A stretch of DNA of 64,000 nucleotides. It comes from a virus (lineage: Duplodnaviria; Heunggongvirae; Uroviricota; Caudoviricetes). Under the pieces are notes generated by a model. The model saw only the letters and a list, made by a program, of their open reading frames with translations. It was not told where the DNA came from and searched no databases. A program made the position numbers and the translations under genes. This document shows positions 53,487-63,977 of the stretch, one piece after another; positions within the stretch are counted from its first letter, which is position 1; every line of letters starts with the position of its first letter. Location of the stretch: IMG/VR virus record IMGVR_UViG_2529292922_000010; one strand, written 5' to 3'.

Positions 53487-54098
53487 ATGGGGCTTAATGT
53501 TGCTTCAGTAAAGTCTTATGTATCTTCGGCATTAACGACGACATTATTTGGCTCCGGCGTTGGTGAGCGGGAAGTTGGTAAGCTGACGTCAATCATCATG
53601 AACAAAATGCTGTTCGCGCAAGGATGGCAGTTCTCTGTCGAAGTTGATGGTCTGGAGGGGGCAGACTTCTTTGCTAAAGACATTACCTACCACGATTACA
53701 GCATCGAATATGAAACGATTAAAATCGGCGGAGGGAATATCCTTCAGCCAACGGAGCGTTCGCCTGGGCAGATAACAATGATGGTCAGGGATACCGTTGA
53801 TGGCCTCGTTTTGGACTGGTTTAAGACGGCAAAAGGTCGGGTGATCAATCCGGACGGTACCGGGAATATACCGTCTAAATATTTGCTCAATGTGCGTATT
53901 TATCGGTTGCTGTCCTCCGGTTTAACCAAACTGGAAAATGAGATGACGGTATTCCCGGTCACTACCGGCGATGTCACCTATGCGCGGGATCAGGTTACGG
54001 AATTTAAGTCATTCCCAATGACCTTCGCATTGCACAGCACGTTTAACCAATCCTCAAGTTCTTTAGCTTCCCTTCTGGGCTTTAGTTTTTCTCTTTGA
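53487..54098 (+). CDS. tail structural protein (possible tube)
   Basis: 203-aa ORF with RBS, upstream of the tape-measure-like sit. Confidence 0.4.
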   Translation: MGLNVASVKSYVSSALTTTLFGSGVGEREVGKLTSIIMNKMLFAQGWQFSVEVDGLEGADFFAKDITYHDYSIEYETIKIGGGNILQPTERSPGQITMMVRDTVDGLVLDWFKTAKGRVINPDGTGNIPSKYLLNVRIYRLLSSGLTKLENEMTVFPVTTGDVTYARDQVTEFKSFPMTFALHSTFNQSSSSLASLLGFSFSL

Positions 54099-54112
54099 AT
54101 TAAGGAGCAAGG

Positions 54113-54994
54113 ATGCTTTTACCTCTTTTCCCGCTACCATCGCGGCCAACTGAATTGATCCAGTTCCGTCAGCCAAATATTGCTGATGCGATGCGTTTCA
54201 ACTCGATAACACCGGAGGAACAAGAACAACAGACAACGGCGTATTTAAAAGCCTTGCTGGCTGAACCCGCGAAATATGATCCCCTGACATGGACGGCGCA
54301 GGACCGGATTACCGCGTTATGGTGGATATTTACTGGCTCCCGTGAAACACCGGTCGAGACATTCACCTACACCTGTAAACATTGCGGTAAAGAGCATTAT
54401 TACGATTGCGATATGAATGCTCTGGCTGAAGATATCCAGGTCCTGGAAGTGGAACCGTTCATTGACGATATTGAGGTGTCTGTAGAGGGCGTGCCTTATC
54501 AATGGCGTATCGTGCCGCTTGATGGTTGGGCAATGGAAATGCTGGAGATGCGCCGTGCAGCATTGCCACCTGAAGACGACGCGGAATTCAAAGAAGCGAT
54601 CGTTGATTTGCGTTTTTGGGAATTCGCTTATCAGTGTGAACTTTATAACGATGTTAGCGGTACTCGTGAAGAGCAGGCTGAGCGTCGTTATGAAACGATC
54701 AAACGGATGGCCATTGATACTGAATTTATGAAGCTGGCGGCACACATCCGGCTGGCTCATGAAAAGCTCGAACATGGTTTACCGTGCTACATCGATAAAG
54801 GCGAAATGCGTCTTCGTCTCCCGCCGCACAAATGCCCAAACCAGGATACAAAGGAGTCCACAGAGGGTGCGTATACCCGTCTGTGGGTGCCCTTTCGGGC
54901 TACCGACTTCATTCCACAGGTGGGGATTGAAAAGCTATCAGACCTTAGTGTCCAACCTGGTTTTGTATGGGGGTATACCGATTCAGGACGCTGA
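54113..54994 (+). CDS. tail assembly protein
   Basis: 293-aa ORF. Confidence 0.4.
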   Translation: MLLPLFPLPSRPTELIQFRQPNIADAMRFNSITPEEQEQQTTAYLKALLAEPAKYDPLTWTAQDRITALWWIFTGSRETPVETFTYTCKHCGKEHYYDCDMNALAEDIQVLEVEPFIDDIEVSVEGVPYQWRIVPLDGWAMEMLEMRRAALPPEDDAEFKEAIVDLRFWEFAYQCELYNDVSGTREEQAERRYETIKRMAIDTEFMKLAAHIRLAHEKLEHGLPCYIDKGEMRLRLPPHKCPNQDTKESTEGAYTRLWVPFRATDFIPQVGIEKLSDLSVQPGFVWGYTDSGR

Positions 54995-55075
54995 AAGGCT
55001 CACTGAATCCTATGCGTTTTTCCTGTTGGAGAAACTGGAAGAAAAACTTAAACCGAAGCGGTAGGCGATAAGATC

Positions 55076-58000
55076 ATGGAAAGAAAAAACGCCAACATTG
55101 ACGATGTGATAAGGACGGTTGAAACCGCCAGCGCAAAAGAGCTGGAAGAGCTTGCAGGTATTCGGGAAGCCGTTGAAGATTTGAAAGGTGGGCGAGTTGC
55201 TACAGTTGATCCTGTCTCTCGCAGTGTGTCGGCATTAAATCGCACAATCGAAAATTCCCGGCCAGACTTTGTGGCCAATGCGCCATCAGTGGACCCTATT
55301 GTTGAGGCAATGAAACGGCTTAATTTAGGGGACGTTTCTCGTGTAGTTCAGGAGGATGTTGCTCTACAGGAACCGCAGGCCAAATCAACTACGCGAAAGG
55401 GTAAAAAACGACGCAAGAAGGCTATAACAGAAGATGTAAAGGCGCAACGGACCGAAGCAGCCGAACACGCTCGCGAAATGTTCGGTCAAAAAGGCGGTGC
55501 GCAAAAAAGCCAAAACCAACGCGATGCGCGTGGTCGTTTTATTGGAAAGTCAGGGAGTAAGGCCGCAGCGGAAGATGCCCGTGCTGAACGTGCTGAAAAG
55601 GCCAGGCGCAAAGAGGATGATGAGCGTCTAAATGCTGAATCAGGTTTATTAAAAAAACTGTCAAAAGTAGCTGAAGGCATAGGTAACCCTTCAGAGACTC
55701 GTGCCGTCGATGCGTTAGGTTATGCCGTTGCTGGTCCATTGTGGGCAGCAGGGAAGGAGCTTGGCGGGATATCAAAAGAAGTTGGTGGATCGCTTAATGG
55801 TGCCAGAAAGTCTATTGCCGATGTGATTCGTGGCAATGACGATAACAGCCGTAGAAAAGGTTTTTTTAGGCGTAAATCGCAAAATAGTGCCGATGTCGTT
55901 CAGGTTAACACCCAAAAACGGACGGTTCAGGAACTTCAGGAGCAGACCAGCGAAATTAAAGAGGGCAATGACAAGATTCTCCGCGCCCTTGATCAGATAG
56001 CCAAAAACACCGGGAAAAAGAAGGGCGGCTTGCTGTCCAAACTATTTAGCCTGTTAGGGAAGGGGGCCGGTGGCGTCGCGTCGTTGTTAATGGGGCGTGG
56101 CATGCTGAAAAAAGCTGGAGCACTCGCTTTTGGCGCTCTGGGGGCAAAGAAACTTGTAGGAATGCTACGCGGTGGTGGCAAGAAGACTCTCGCCCATGAA
56201 GGCGGAGATTTGGCTGCCCGGGCAGCAGGTAAACTTGGATTAAAGGCAGTTGGTAAAGGGGCGTTACGCGCAATTCCCCTAGTCGGCACAGTGGCTGGAG
56301 GTATTTATGATGCGGTAACCGGTTGGAATGATACAGAAGCGCAACGTCGAGCGTTTGGGCTTAAATCAGGACAAGATCCATCATTCCAGCAAAAAGCCGC
56401 TTATACGTTAGCTAATGTTCTTGATATGGGGGGACTGGTATCTGGTATTAGCAGCGCCATTGGTGAGGTTCTCAAATCACTTGGATTTGAGGATATCGGC
56501 AATATGTTGCAATCATTTTCGACGGAAAGTATTGCCCAGGCCATTGATAGTGGGATTACCAACTTAGAAACATATATTTCTAACCTTGGCGACACCATTT
56601 CTACCAAGTTCGATGATTACACAGCAAAGATTGGTGATGCTGTTTCAGCATGGTTTAGCGATACATCTAATAAGCTGCTTGAAAAGCTGGATGCCATCAA
56701 AGACTTCTTTACTGTCGATAACCTGAAACAGGTTTTCAGTGATGCAATTGATAGTGCAATTGATTTCATTAAGAACCCAGGGAAACATATTAAAGAGGCG
56801 GCTGGTAATATTTGGGATGGGGTTAAAAATTTCCCCGGTAAAGCATTAGATGCAGCGGTTGATGCCGTTAAAAATACCCCTGCGGCAATGATTGTATCAA
56901 AAATACCCAATCCGATCGGCGAGGCTAATGCGAAAGAAATCACTCCAGAGTTAAAAGCTCCGGTTAATAGCCACCAGGAGACATCTGATTCTAAAACTGA
57001 ATCCGATGCCAAACAGACTAATATTGTTACCCGCGTGATAAATGCGGCACTGGACACGGCGAAAGATAGCAATAAAACAGTTAAAGAAACTGCTAATCAG
57101 ATTATCAATGCAAATGCCGTAGAAACGGGCAATAGCGCGTTGCAGAAAATTGATAAAGCTATTGGTCAAAATAGCTCGTCATCATCGTCGCTTAATACCA
57201 CTGGCACCAGGAATGACATTCAGAAAGCTGCGGATACCTACAACAATGGCAACTTGGATGTAAAAGTCGGAAGTCTTGGCGCTGAAGGTAAGGCAAATCT
57301 CGATAAGTTGGCTCCGTATTTTGCCGAACTAGAGAATAAATACGGTCTTCCAGAAGGCACTCTTTACGCGATTGCTGCAACTGAATCTGGTGGTAATCCG
57401 TATGCAAAATCCCAAACCGGTGCTCTGGGGATGTTTCAGTTCACGGGGATTGCTCGTGAAGAGACTGGCTTAGCTGAAGGTGAATCGTTTGATCCTGTGA
57501 AATCGGCAGAAGCTGCGGCTCTTCTCATGAGCAAATATCTGAAGCAAGCCAATGGAGACTTAAACGAGGCCATCACTGCATATAATGCTGGGTTTGGCAC
57601 TATCAATAAGTGGAAAAAAGGCACAGGTGACTTATCGAAAGAAAACCGTGAGTACGCGATCAAGGTCAATACTCATCGTGCTCGCTATTTAGGTGGTGAA
57701 ATCTATACACCTGGAGCAGGAGCACAGGGTGGGGCGCAATATGGAGTGAGGGGACCACTGCCTGATAACGCTGTTATCGATCAGTCTACTGGCCTGGCGT
57801 TTACCCCTGGTGATAGCCCGTTTGAGAAAGGCGGTCTGGTAGACAAAATTGGCAATGCTGTTGGCGTTAACGATCTGGTCAACAAATTCATGAATGGCCG
57901 GGGTATGCGTCGGGAAGTCGTTCAGGGAACGCTCGAAGAACGTGCACGAGGGAAGGGGACCGCAACAGCAGCTGGCAATGTGTATGTTGATACTCCGATG

Positions 58001-58468
58001 CCAGTTGAAGAGGCGCGTCCGGTGGCCAGCAACTCAAGTTACTTTGACCAACTCGGCGCACAAATGGGGATTGATGGACTATTTGATAAACTCCGCAACT
58101 CGCCGGGGATGCGGAAAAATAATGCGCCTGAACCAGCCTCCACGTCCCAGGTGACGACTGCCGCCAACGATTTGCAGCAACCAACCGGTCGTATGCAGAT
58201 AGACGGACAGGTTATTAGTGACCTTGGCGGCTCCGGTGCCAAGCCGACAATGCAGTTGGCTGATAATACCGTTTCACTTGATGGTGAAACGAAGCGGCTG
58301 TTTGCGCAGATGACCTCATTGCTTGCCAGGATTGAAGAGCACACTAAAGACTCGGCGAAAGGCCAGGGAACTGTCGTAAAGGTCAGCACGCCTCAACCGG
58401 GCGTTATGCGCACGGTGCCACTGTCAATTGATGATCCGTTGATGAATGACTACGCGAGAGTTGATTGA
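55076..58468 (+). CDS. sit: tape-measure-like injection protein with lytic transglycosylase domain (Sit)
   Basis: 1130 aa; Gly/Ala/Lys-rich repeats; SLT motif LPEGTLYAIAATESGGNPYAKSQTGALGMFQF. Confidence 0.85.
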   Translation: MERKNANIDDVIRTVETASAKELEELAGIREAVEDLKGGRVATVDPVSRSVSALNRTIENSRPDFVANAPSVDPIVEAMKRLNLGDVSRVVQEDVALQEPQAKSTTRKGKKRRKKAITEDVKAQRTEAAEHAREMFGQKGGAQKSQNQRDARGRFIGKSGSKAAAEDARAERAEKARRKEDDERLNAESGLLKKLSKVAEGIGNPSETRAVDALGYAVAGPLWAAGKELGGISKEVGGSLNGARKSIADVIRGNDDNSRRKGFFRRKSQNSADVVQVNTQKRTVQELQEQTSEIKEGNDKILRALDQIAKNTGKKKGGLLSKLFSLLGKGAGGVASLLMGRGMLKKAGALAFGALGAKKLVGMLRGGGKKTLAHEGGDLAARAAGKLGLKAVGKGALRAIPLVGTVAGGIYDAVTGWNDTEAQRRAFGLKSGQDPSFQQKAAYTLANVLDMGGLVSGISSAIGEVLKSLGFEDIGNMLQSFSTESIAQAIDSGITNLETYISNLGDTISTKFDDYTAKIGDAVSAWFSDTSNKLLEKLDAIKDFFTVDNLKQVFSDAIDSAIDFIKNPGKHIKEAAGNIWDGVKNFPGKALDAAVDAVKNTPAAMIVSKIPNPIGEANAKEITPELKAPVNSHQETSDSKTESDAKQTNIVTRVINAALDTAKDSNKTVKETANQIINANAVETGNSALQKIDKAIGQNSSSSSSLNTTGTRNDIQKAADTYNNGNLDVKVGSLGAEGKANLDKLAPYFAELENKYGLPEGTLYAIAATESGGNPYAKSQTGALGMFQFTGIAREETGLAEGESFDPVKSAEAAALLMSKYLKQANGDLNEAITAYNAGFGTINKWKKGTGDLSKENREYAIKVNTHRARYLGGEIYTPGAGAQGGAQYGVRGPLPDNAVIDQSTGLAFTPGDSPFEKGGLVDKIGNAVGVNDLVNKFMNGRGMRREVVQGTLEERARGKGTATAAGNVYVDTPMPVEEARPVASNSSYFDQLGAQMGIDGLFDKLRNSPGMRKNNAPEPASTSQVTTAANDLQQPTGRMQIDGQVISDLGGSGAKPTMQLADNTVSLDGETKRLFAQMTSLLARIEEHTKDSAKGQGTVVKVSTPQPGVMRTVPLSIDDPLMNDYARVD

Positions 58469-58824
58469 TGGCCAACAATAACGAAATTGATCCTTTGCTG
58501 ACGCTGGAGTTATCCGGCGTAAAAACGTATGAGTCCCAGGAGGAGGCCTGGGGCGCTCGTTTATATGAGTGGCTAAACACTTATCAGGGTGAGGTATACG
58601 GAGATCCGTCATGGGGCAATGTTTTACCGCAGTTTAAACACGAACCGACCAACTTGTCGCATGTTCAAATTGCGGTTGAGGCAATGCTTTTGCAAAAACT
58701 GACGGTAGATTTACCCGACATACCGATTTCTGGCTTGTCAGTAGCCGAGGGAGATGCTTTTGATAAGTTGAAAATATCCATTCGTATCAGGGATATAACT
58801 ATCACACAGGACGTGGTGCTATGA
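58465..58824 (+). CDS. baseplate wedge protein (gp25/GPW-like)
   Basis: 119 aa, size/position typical; overlapping start with sit stop. Confidence 0.45.
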   Translation: MMANNNEIDPLLTLELSGVKTYESQEEAWGARLYEWLNTYQGEVYGDPSWGNVLPQFKHEPTNLSHVQIAVEAMLLQKLTVDLPDIPISGLSVAEGDAFDKLKISIRIRDITITQDVVL

Positions 58825-60254
58825 GTAAAACAACACCTACTAAAGACAGTATTCGTGCAGAGTTTGAAGAGCTTGTCGAGAAAGATTCATTCTGGTCGAA
58901 GTTTGTCGGCTCTCAATTTGTCTCGATGCTGACATTGTTTATTACCCAGATTGTCTACAGGTGCTTTCAGTATGCCGATGCGGCGCTGGCTGAAGGCTTT
59001 ATATCGACCGCGACGCGGCGTTCTTCTATCCTGGCAGCGGCAGAAACGAATAGTTACGTTGGTACCAAGCCAACACCGTCATCGGGGATGATTGAGATCA
59101 CCGCCACAAGTGAAGATGCCCCAGCGGTAATCCCCAAAAATATGCCTTTAATATCTGACGACCAGTATCCTTACATGACTATGGATGTATGCAGGTTGGT
59201 TGACGGCACCGGTACGGTAGAAGTGGCACAGTTGGAAATCCAGGAGGTGACATATACCGTTACGGCAGCCAAAGAATTTCTGGAAGTCGTGTTATCAAAG
59301 GCTCTCACTGCTGTCTGCTATAAGCTGGAAGTATTCGTGACGACCGATGGTAAGACCACGCAGTGGTCTTCCAGCACTATGTTCCGGTTAGCCGGTAGTA
59401 AAAGCCAGGTCTACGTTGAGTTTTATAAACCATCCGAGCAGTTGGGGGTTCGATTCGGTGATGGGCTAATTGGGCAAATACCGCCAGAAGGCTCGACCAT
59501 TACGCTTAAGGTATGGTGCACCAACGGCGATATAACCCTGGTTGCTGGCCAAAACCTGACGCCTGTCGATTCTGCGGCTAATTTAGCTAATTTGATTTCA
59601 GTTAAGACAACGACACCTATAACCGCAGGTACCGATGCCGAAACAACGGAGATCACACGTAACCGTGCACAATATTACCTTGCCTATGATGATCAGGTCG
59701 TATGGGGCGGGGACTATACGTATTTTCTGGTGCGTAACATCCCGGGACTGTCCTGGGTAAAGGCATGGGGCGAAGGCCAGCAAGAGAAATTAGATGGTGC
59801 TTATAATGTTCGGAATATCAATAAGATATTTATTTCAGGATGGCATCCAAACAAAAGCCAGTCAGAGCTTGAAGAAATGATCCTGGCTGCCTTTAAGAAG
59901 GTGCCGAATGAGTTGAACAAGAAATTCTCGTATAAAGAGGTCAGAAAACTCCCCTTTAAGATCACCATCACTGGGCGGATATCGGCAAGCCTGACCATTG
60001 AGAACGTGACTGATGAGCTGAAGTCGGCACTGGAAACAAAATTTGGGCGTGACTCAACTTTCTTTGATCCGAACCGTGTCGGCAAGTACATCCTAATCAA
60101 GAAAAAAGACGTTTGGGCATTTATCGAAACGCTGGGTTATTTCCGCGACTTTTATCTGGAATTTGTCGAGTGGAATGAGTCCAACGGCTTTTACGATTTC
60201 GTTTATCTGGATACAGAAAACTCCACCTTTAATATTTCGTATGAGGAGGAGTGA
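58821..60254 (+). CDS. baseplate J-like protein
   Basis: 477 aa following gp25-like gene. Confidence 0.45.
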   Translation: MSKTTPTKDSIRAEFEELVEKDSFWSKFVGSQFVSMLTLFITQIVYRCFQYADAALAEGFISTATRRSSILAAAETNSYVGTKPTPSSGMIEITATSEDAPAVIPKNMPLISDDQYPYMTMDVCRLVDGTGTVEVAQLEIQEVTYTVTAAKEFLEVVLSKALTAVCYKLEVFVTTDGKTTQWSSSTMFRLAGSKSQVYVEFYKPSEQLGVRFGDGLIGQIPPEGSTITLKVWCTNGDITLVAGQNLTPVDSAANLANLISVKTTTPITAGTDAETTEITRNRAQYYLAYDDQVVWGGDYTYFLVRNIPGLSWVKAWGEGQQEKLDGAYNVRNINKIFISGWHPNKSQSELEEMILAAFKKVPNELNKKFSYKEVRKLPFKITITGRISASLTIENVTDELKSALETKFGRDSTFFDPNRVGKYILIKKKDVWAFIETLGYFRDFYLEFVEWNESNGFYDFVYLDTENSTFNISYEEE

Positions 60255-61090
60255 TGCAGCGTTCCTGGTTTAATAACCGGCTTACATCAGCTAAGCAAAA
60301 GTCATTACTTTATAAATCATTGGCTGATTTGGTTCAGTCAATGATGGACACCTTTGTTGACCCATGGTTGGAGCGAATTACCAACCGGAAGTCTATTTTC
60401 TCCATGAGCAAGGAGGATCTGGAGACTAGGACAAATGAACTTGGCCAGTTTTTTACTATCAGAACGTCGAATTCATCTTCCGTTCCGATGTTGTTACAAC
60501 AGCGGTTTGATGAGATCCATTTTAAGGGTACTGAACGCCCTATAAACCAGACAATTTATCGCGAATTTAACGGTATATCGGTTTTATGGGATCCCATATA
60601 TGCTCCGGTGGACTTTGAACGTCATCCCTATGGCACGGTCCTGATTCCAGAAAGCACACTGGAAACCACCGGCGGCACATTCGGCGAGATGTTTCTGACT
60701 TCCAGAGGAATGATCAGTATTCCCATAAACGACCTGGCCCGGACAATGGGTATTACTGGAACGATAGATCAGTCCGCAATTACAGAAGAAATTCTCAGAA
60801 AGTTTAATCAGTTCGTAAAGCCTCTACTGCCACTGCATATAGTGTTTGATGGGCTTACGCTCTATTTGTCGGTTGTTGTAAATGAACAGGCCGACATGAT
60901 CACTTTGAATGAGATTTCTGATACCGAAAAAGCATTCTGCTGGTTTGAAACTTCGGATACAACTTCGCTTACTGAAGTTACGTCGATTAACGCCCCGATC
61001 ACTGCAACGCCGGGCGGCACTATTGTGAAAGCAACGCCTACGTTTGATCGCACCCGCGCAGATGATTTGCTGTTGGATAGCGATGCGTGA
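60251..61090 (+). CDS. baseplate protein
   Basis: 279 aa, translationally coupled. Confidence 0.4.
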   Translation: MMQRSWFNNRLTSAKQKSLLYKSLADLVQSMMDTFVDPWLERITNRKSIFSMSKEDLETRTNELGQFFTIRTSNSSSVPMLLQQRFDEIHFKGTERPINQTIYREFNGISVLWDPIYAPVDFERHPYGTVLIPESTLETTGGTFGEMFLTSRGMISIPINDLARTMGITGTIDQSAITEEILRKFNQFVKPLLPLHIVFDGLTLYLSVVVNEQADMITLNEISDTEKAFCWFETSDTTSLTEVTSINAPITATPGGTIVKATPTFDRTRADDLLLDSDA

Positions 61091-61168
61091 CAATCACCCC
61101 GTCCGCAGGGCGGGGTGACAAGTTACTTATCTTACAATGAGGCTTCACAACATTGATTAGGGAAAATC

Positions 61169-61603
61169 ATGTCTGACGTCTCAACAAACCTCTATAAGAG
61201 TCAGTTGTTGGACTATTACTATCAGCGGCGCGCTGAATCGTCCATTAACAAAGGCTCTCGATTTTTAATCAGCAAGGCCGTTTTCGGTACCAGTTCACTG
61301 GTTACTAAGAAAGGAGATGGCACTTATGAGATTGGAGAACTGCCAAAGGCTTTCGATCTGGCAGAACTGACCAGTCAATTTTGCACCATCAACCTCGTCC
61401 CAACCTACTCAGGCGGGATAATTACTGTCCGAATGGACCTTGATCAAAGTCAGTTGCAGGAAGGGAAAAACTACCCATTCAACACTCTGGTTGTTCTGGA
61501 TAACGAGAATAAGCCAATCGCCATTATTTGTGTCCAGGAAGACTCGCTGTATGTGGGCAAAACATATACCGCAGTTATGGCCATAAACTCGACTACAGCA
61601 TAA
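61169..61603 (+). CDS. tail-fibre-associated protein (P1 R position)
   Basis: 144 aa immediately upstream of tail fibre gene. Confidence 0.45.
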   Translation: MSDVSTNLYKSQLLDYYYQRRAESSINKGSRFLISKAVFGTSSLVTKKGDGTYEIGELPKAFDLAELTSQFCTINLVPTYSGGIITVRMDLDQSQLQEGKNYPFNTLVVLDNENKPIAIICVQEDSLYVGKTYTAVMAINSTTA

Positions 61604-61614
61604 GGATATGCTTG

Positions 61615-63471
61615 ATGAATGACGTTACAGTTGTTACATCGGTTACTTACCCATCACCCGAGTCGTTGGCTCTGGTGGCTGATGTGCAATACCACGAACC
61701 ATATCTGTCAGCCGCTCTAAACCGAAAATTCAGGGGAATTGTTGACCCGGGATTTTATGCTGGTTTCTTGCCTAAGCCTGGCGGTGGGATGAACCTGTTA
61801 ATCACCTCAGTGGATGGAGATAAAACCGCTGGCGCGGCGTCAGTGGATATTGGTGAATTCTACCAGGTAACTATTCAGCATCGTAAGGATATCTCTCTTG
61901 CACTTAACGCAGGCAAGAAATATGCAATTGTGCTGAAGGGAAGATACCTTCTTGGAGAAGATACCTATCAGGTTAATACCGCGTCACATATTCATGCAGC
62001 TGAATTTGTTGCCAGAACCTATACCGATTCATATCAGTTAGGTGATGGGGAACTGCTGGTTTGTACGGTGAATATCCCTGCTGGCGTATCTACCATTACT
62101 CAAGAGATGATTGATACATCCGAGCGTATCAACCGCACGATCGGCATTGATATTTCAGACTCTGTAACCAGTACCAGAAGTGATGTTGCTGCGAGTTCGC
62201 TGGCAGTTAAAAAAGCCTACGATCTGGCGAAAAGCAAGTATACGGCGCAGGATGCAACCACGACACAAAAAGGGATAGTTCAGCTCAGTAGCGACACCAA
62301 CAGCACTTCTGAAACATTAGCTGCAACTCCAAAAGCGGTTAAAGCTGCATACGATCTAGCAGCCGGAAAGGCACCATCCAGTCATACACATCCCTGGAAT
62401 CAGATCACTGGTGTGCCAACAGCTTCATTGACAGCGAAAGGCATCACTCAGCTCAGTAGTGCCACTAACAGTACGTCCGAAGTGCTGGCCGCCACACCGA
62501 AAGCTGTCAAGGCTGCATATGATTTGGCTAACGGGAAGTATACAGCCCAGGATGCAACCACGACACAAAAAGGGATAGTTCAGCTCAGTAGCGACACCAA
62601 CAGCACTTCTGAAACATTAGCTGCAACTCCAAAAGCGGTTAAAGCTGCATACGATCTAGCAGCCGGAAAGGCACCATCCAGTCATACACATCCCTGGAAT
62701 CAGATCACTGGTGTGCCAACAGCTTCATTGACAGCGAAAGGCATCACTCAGCTCAGTAGTGCCACTAACAGCACGTCTGAAGTGCTGGCCGCCACACCGA
62801 AAGCTGTCAAGGCTGCATATGATTTGGCTAATGGAAAGCAAGCGGCAGACGCTACGCTCACTGCTCTAGCGGCACTAGCTACAGCAGCAGATAAACTCCC
62901 TTATTTCACAGGTGTTGATCGTGCCGCGTTAACTGCATTGACAAGTGTTGGACGCGCCATTCTTGGTAAGACCAGTATTCAGAGCGTTCTTGATTACCTT
63001 GGTTTAGGGGAAGGCTCGGCGCTGCCCGTTGGTGTACCTGTTCCATGGCCCTCAGCCACACCGCCAACGGGGTGGCTGAAATGCAATGGTGCAGCATTTT
63101 CTTCTGAAAAGTACCCAAATCTGGCAAAGGTTTACCCTACTAATAAATTGCCGGATCTACGGGGCGAATTTATTCGCGGCTGGGATGACGGGCGGGGGAT
63201 TGACTCTGGCCGTAATTTATTATCTGCACAGAATGATGCAATTCAGAATATTGTTGGTTCTTTCGGGCGTACTCAGCTTTTTAGAGATGTACTTAGTTCA
63301 GGGCCATTTAGTCAACATGGTCAAGTATTATCTACAGGCCTAAAGGAAACGGAAATTATTGAGGGTTATGGCTCTTATAACTGGACATTCGACGCCTCTC
63401 GCTCAGTTCGTACAGCATCTGAAACCCGCCCCCGTAATATTGCATTTAATTACATCGTAAGGGCGGCATAA
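61615..63471 (+). CDS. tail fibre protein (S-like) with collar-type receptor-binding C-terminus
   Basis: ATG at 61615 in frame of ORF 61528..63471; repeated T-x-x-KGIVQLSS fibre motifs; C-terminal PWP...GWLKCNGAAFS...LPDLRGEFIRGWDDGRG...NIAFNYIVRAA. Confidence 0.85.
   Translation: MNDVTVVTSVTYPSPESLALVADVQYHEPYLSAALNRKFRGIVDPGFYAGFLPKPGGGMNLLITSVDGDKTAGAASVDIGEFYQVTIQHRKDISLALNAGKKYAIVLKGRYLLGEDTYQVNTASHIHAAEFVARTYTDSYQLGDGELLVCTVNIPAGVSTITQEMIDTSERINRTIGIDISDSVTSTRSDVAASSLAVKKAYDLAKSKYTAQDATTTQKGIVQLSSDTNSTSETLAATPKAVKAAYDLAAGKAPSSHTHPWNQITGVPTASLTAKGITQLSSATNSTSEVLAATPKAVKAAYDLANGKYTAQDATTTQKGIVQLSSDTNSTSETLAATPKAVKAAYDLAAGKAPSSHTHPWNQITGVPTASLTAKGITQLSSATNSTSEVLAATPKAVKAAYDLANGKQAADATLTALAALATAADKLPYFTGVDRAALTALTSVGRAILGKTSIQSVLDYLGLGEGSALPVGVPVPWPSATPPTGWLKCNGAAFSSEKYPNLAKVYPTNKLPDLRGEFIRGWDDGRGIDSGRNLLSAQNDAIQNIVGSFGRTQLFRDVLSSGPFSQHGQVLSTGLKETEIIEGYGSYNWTFDASRSVRTASETRPRNIAFNYIVRAA
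62236..62835 (+). repeat. 2 x 300-bp near-perfect tandem duplication inside the tail fibre gene
   Basis: 62236-62535 and 62536-62835 differ at only about 5 positions. Confidence 0.9.
62987..63012 (+). other. hix/cix-like 26-bp crossover site 1 (within tail fibre gene)
   Basis: TTCTTGATTACC-TT-GGTTTAGGGGAA versus recalled hixL TTCTTGAAAACC-AA-GGTTTTTGATAA. Confidence 0.55.
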
Positions 63472-63490
63472 AAACGTTGGTTTGGGGGAA
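63465..63490 (+). other. hix/cix-like crossover site 2
   Basis: GGCATAAAAACG-TT-GGTTTGGGGGAA spanning the stop codon of the tail fibre gene. Confidence 0.5.
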
Positions 63491-63958
63491 GGCTCAGCAT
63501 TGCCCGTTGGCGTGCCCGTTCCGTGGCCCTTAGAAACACCGCCAACGGGGTGGCTGAAATGTAACGGAGCAGCATTTTCTTCTGAAATGTATCCCAAACT
63601 GGCAAAGGCCTACCCCACCAATAAATTACCGGATTTACGGGGAGAATTTATTCGCGGCTGGGATGATGGGCGCGGGGTGGATGCGGGACGTGCTTTATTG
63701 AGCATTCAGACAGGAATGCTGGAAAAGCACCGACATATTGTTGTAGCCAATGATGGTTACGACACAAAAGATGAATGGGAGCTGGCGACAATTTTCAAAA
63801 AAACATACACACAAGGACGGGGGCTTGATGCCTCAAATACAGGAGGGAATTTGATTCCATCACCGACACTTCATTCTCGAGGGAGTATTGGTAATACTGG
63901 CGGGAGTGAAACCCGTCCACGAAATATCGCATTTAATTACATCGTAAGGGCGGCATAA
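63479..63958 (+). other. silent alternative tail-fibre receptor-binding cassette 2 (promoterless, +1 frame relative to S)
   Basis: encodes GLGEGSALPVGVPVPWP...GWLKCNGAAFS...RGEFIRGWDDGRG...RPRNIAFNYIVRAA; conserved ends, divergent middle versus S C-terminus. Confidence 0.7.
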
Positions 63959-63977
63959 AAACGTTGGTTTAGGGGAA
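63952..63977 (+). other. hix/cix-like crossover site 3
   Basis: GGCATAAAAACG-TT-GGTTTAGGGGAA. Confidence 0.5.

Noticed and set aside
55486-57669. Multiple minus-strand ORFs within sit
   Set aside because: All are antisense shadows of the Gly/Ala-rich tape-measure-like gene.
62236-63958. Diversity-generating retroelement (TR/VR) explanation for the tail-fibre repeats
   Set aside because: No reverse transcriptase ORF in the window, and differences between cassette copies are not adenine-specific; the hix/cix-like sites favour site-specific recombination instead.
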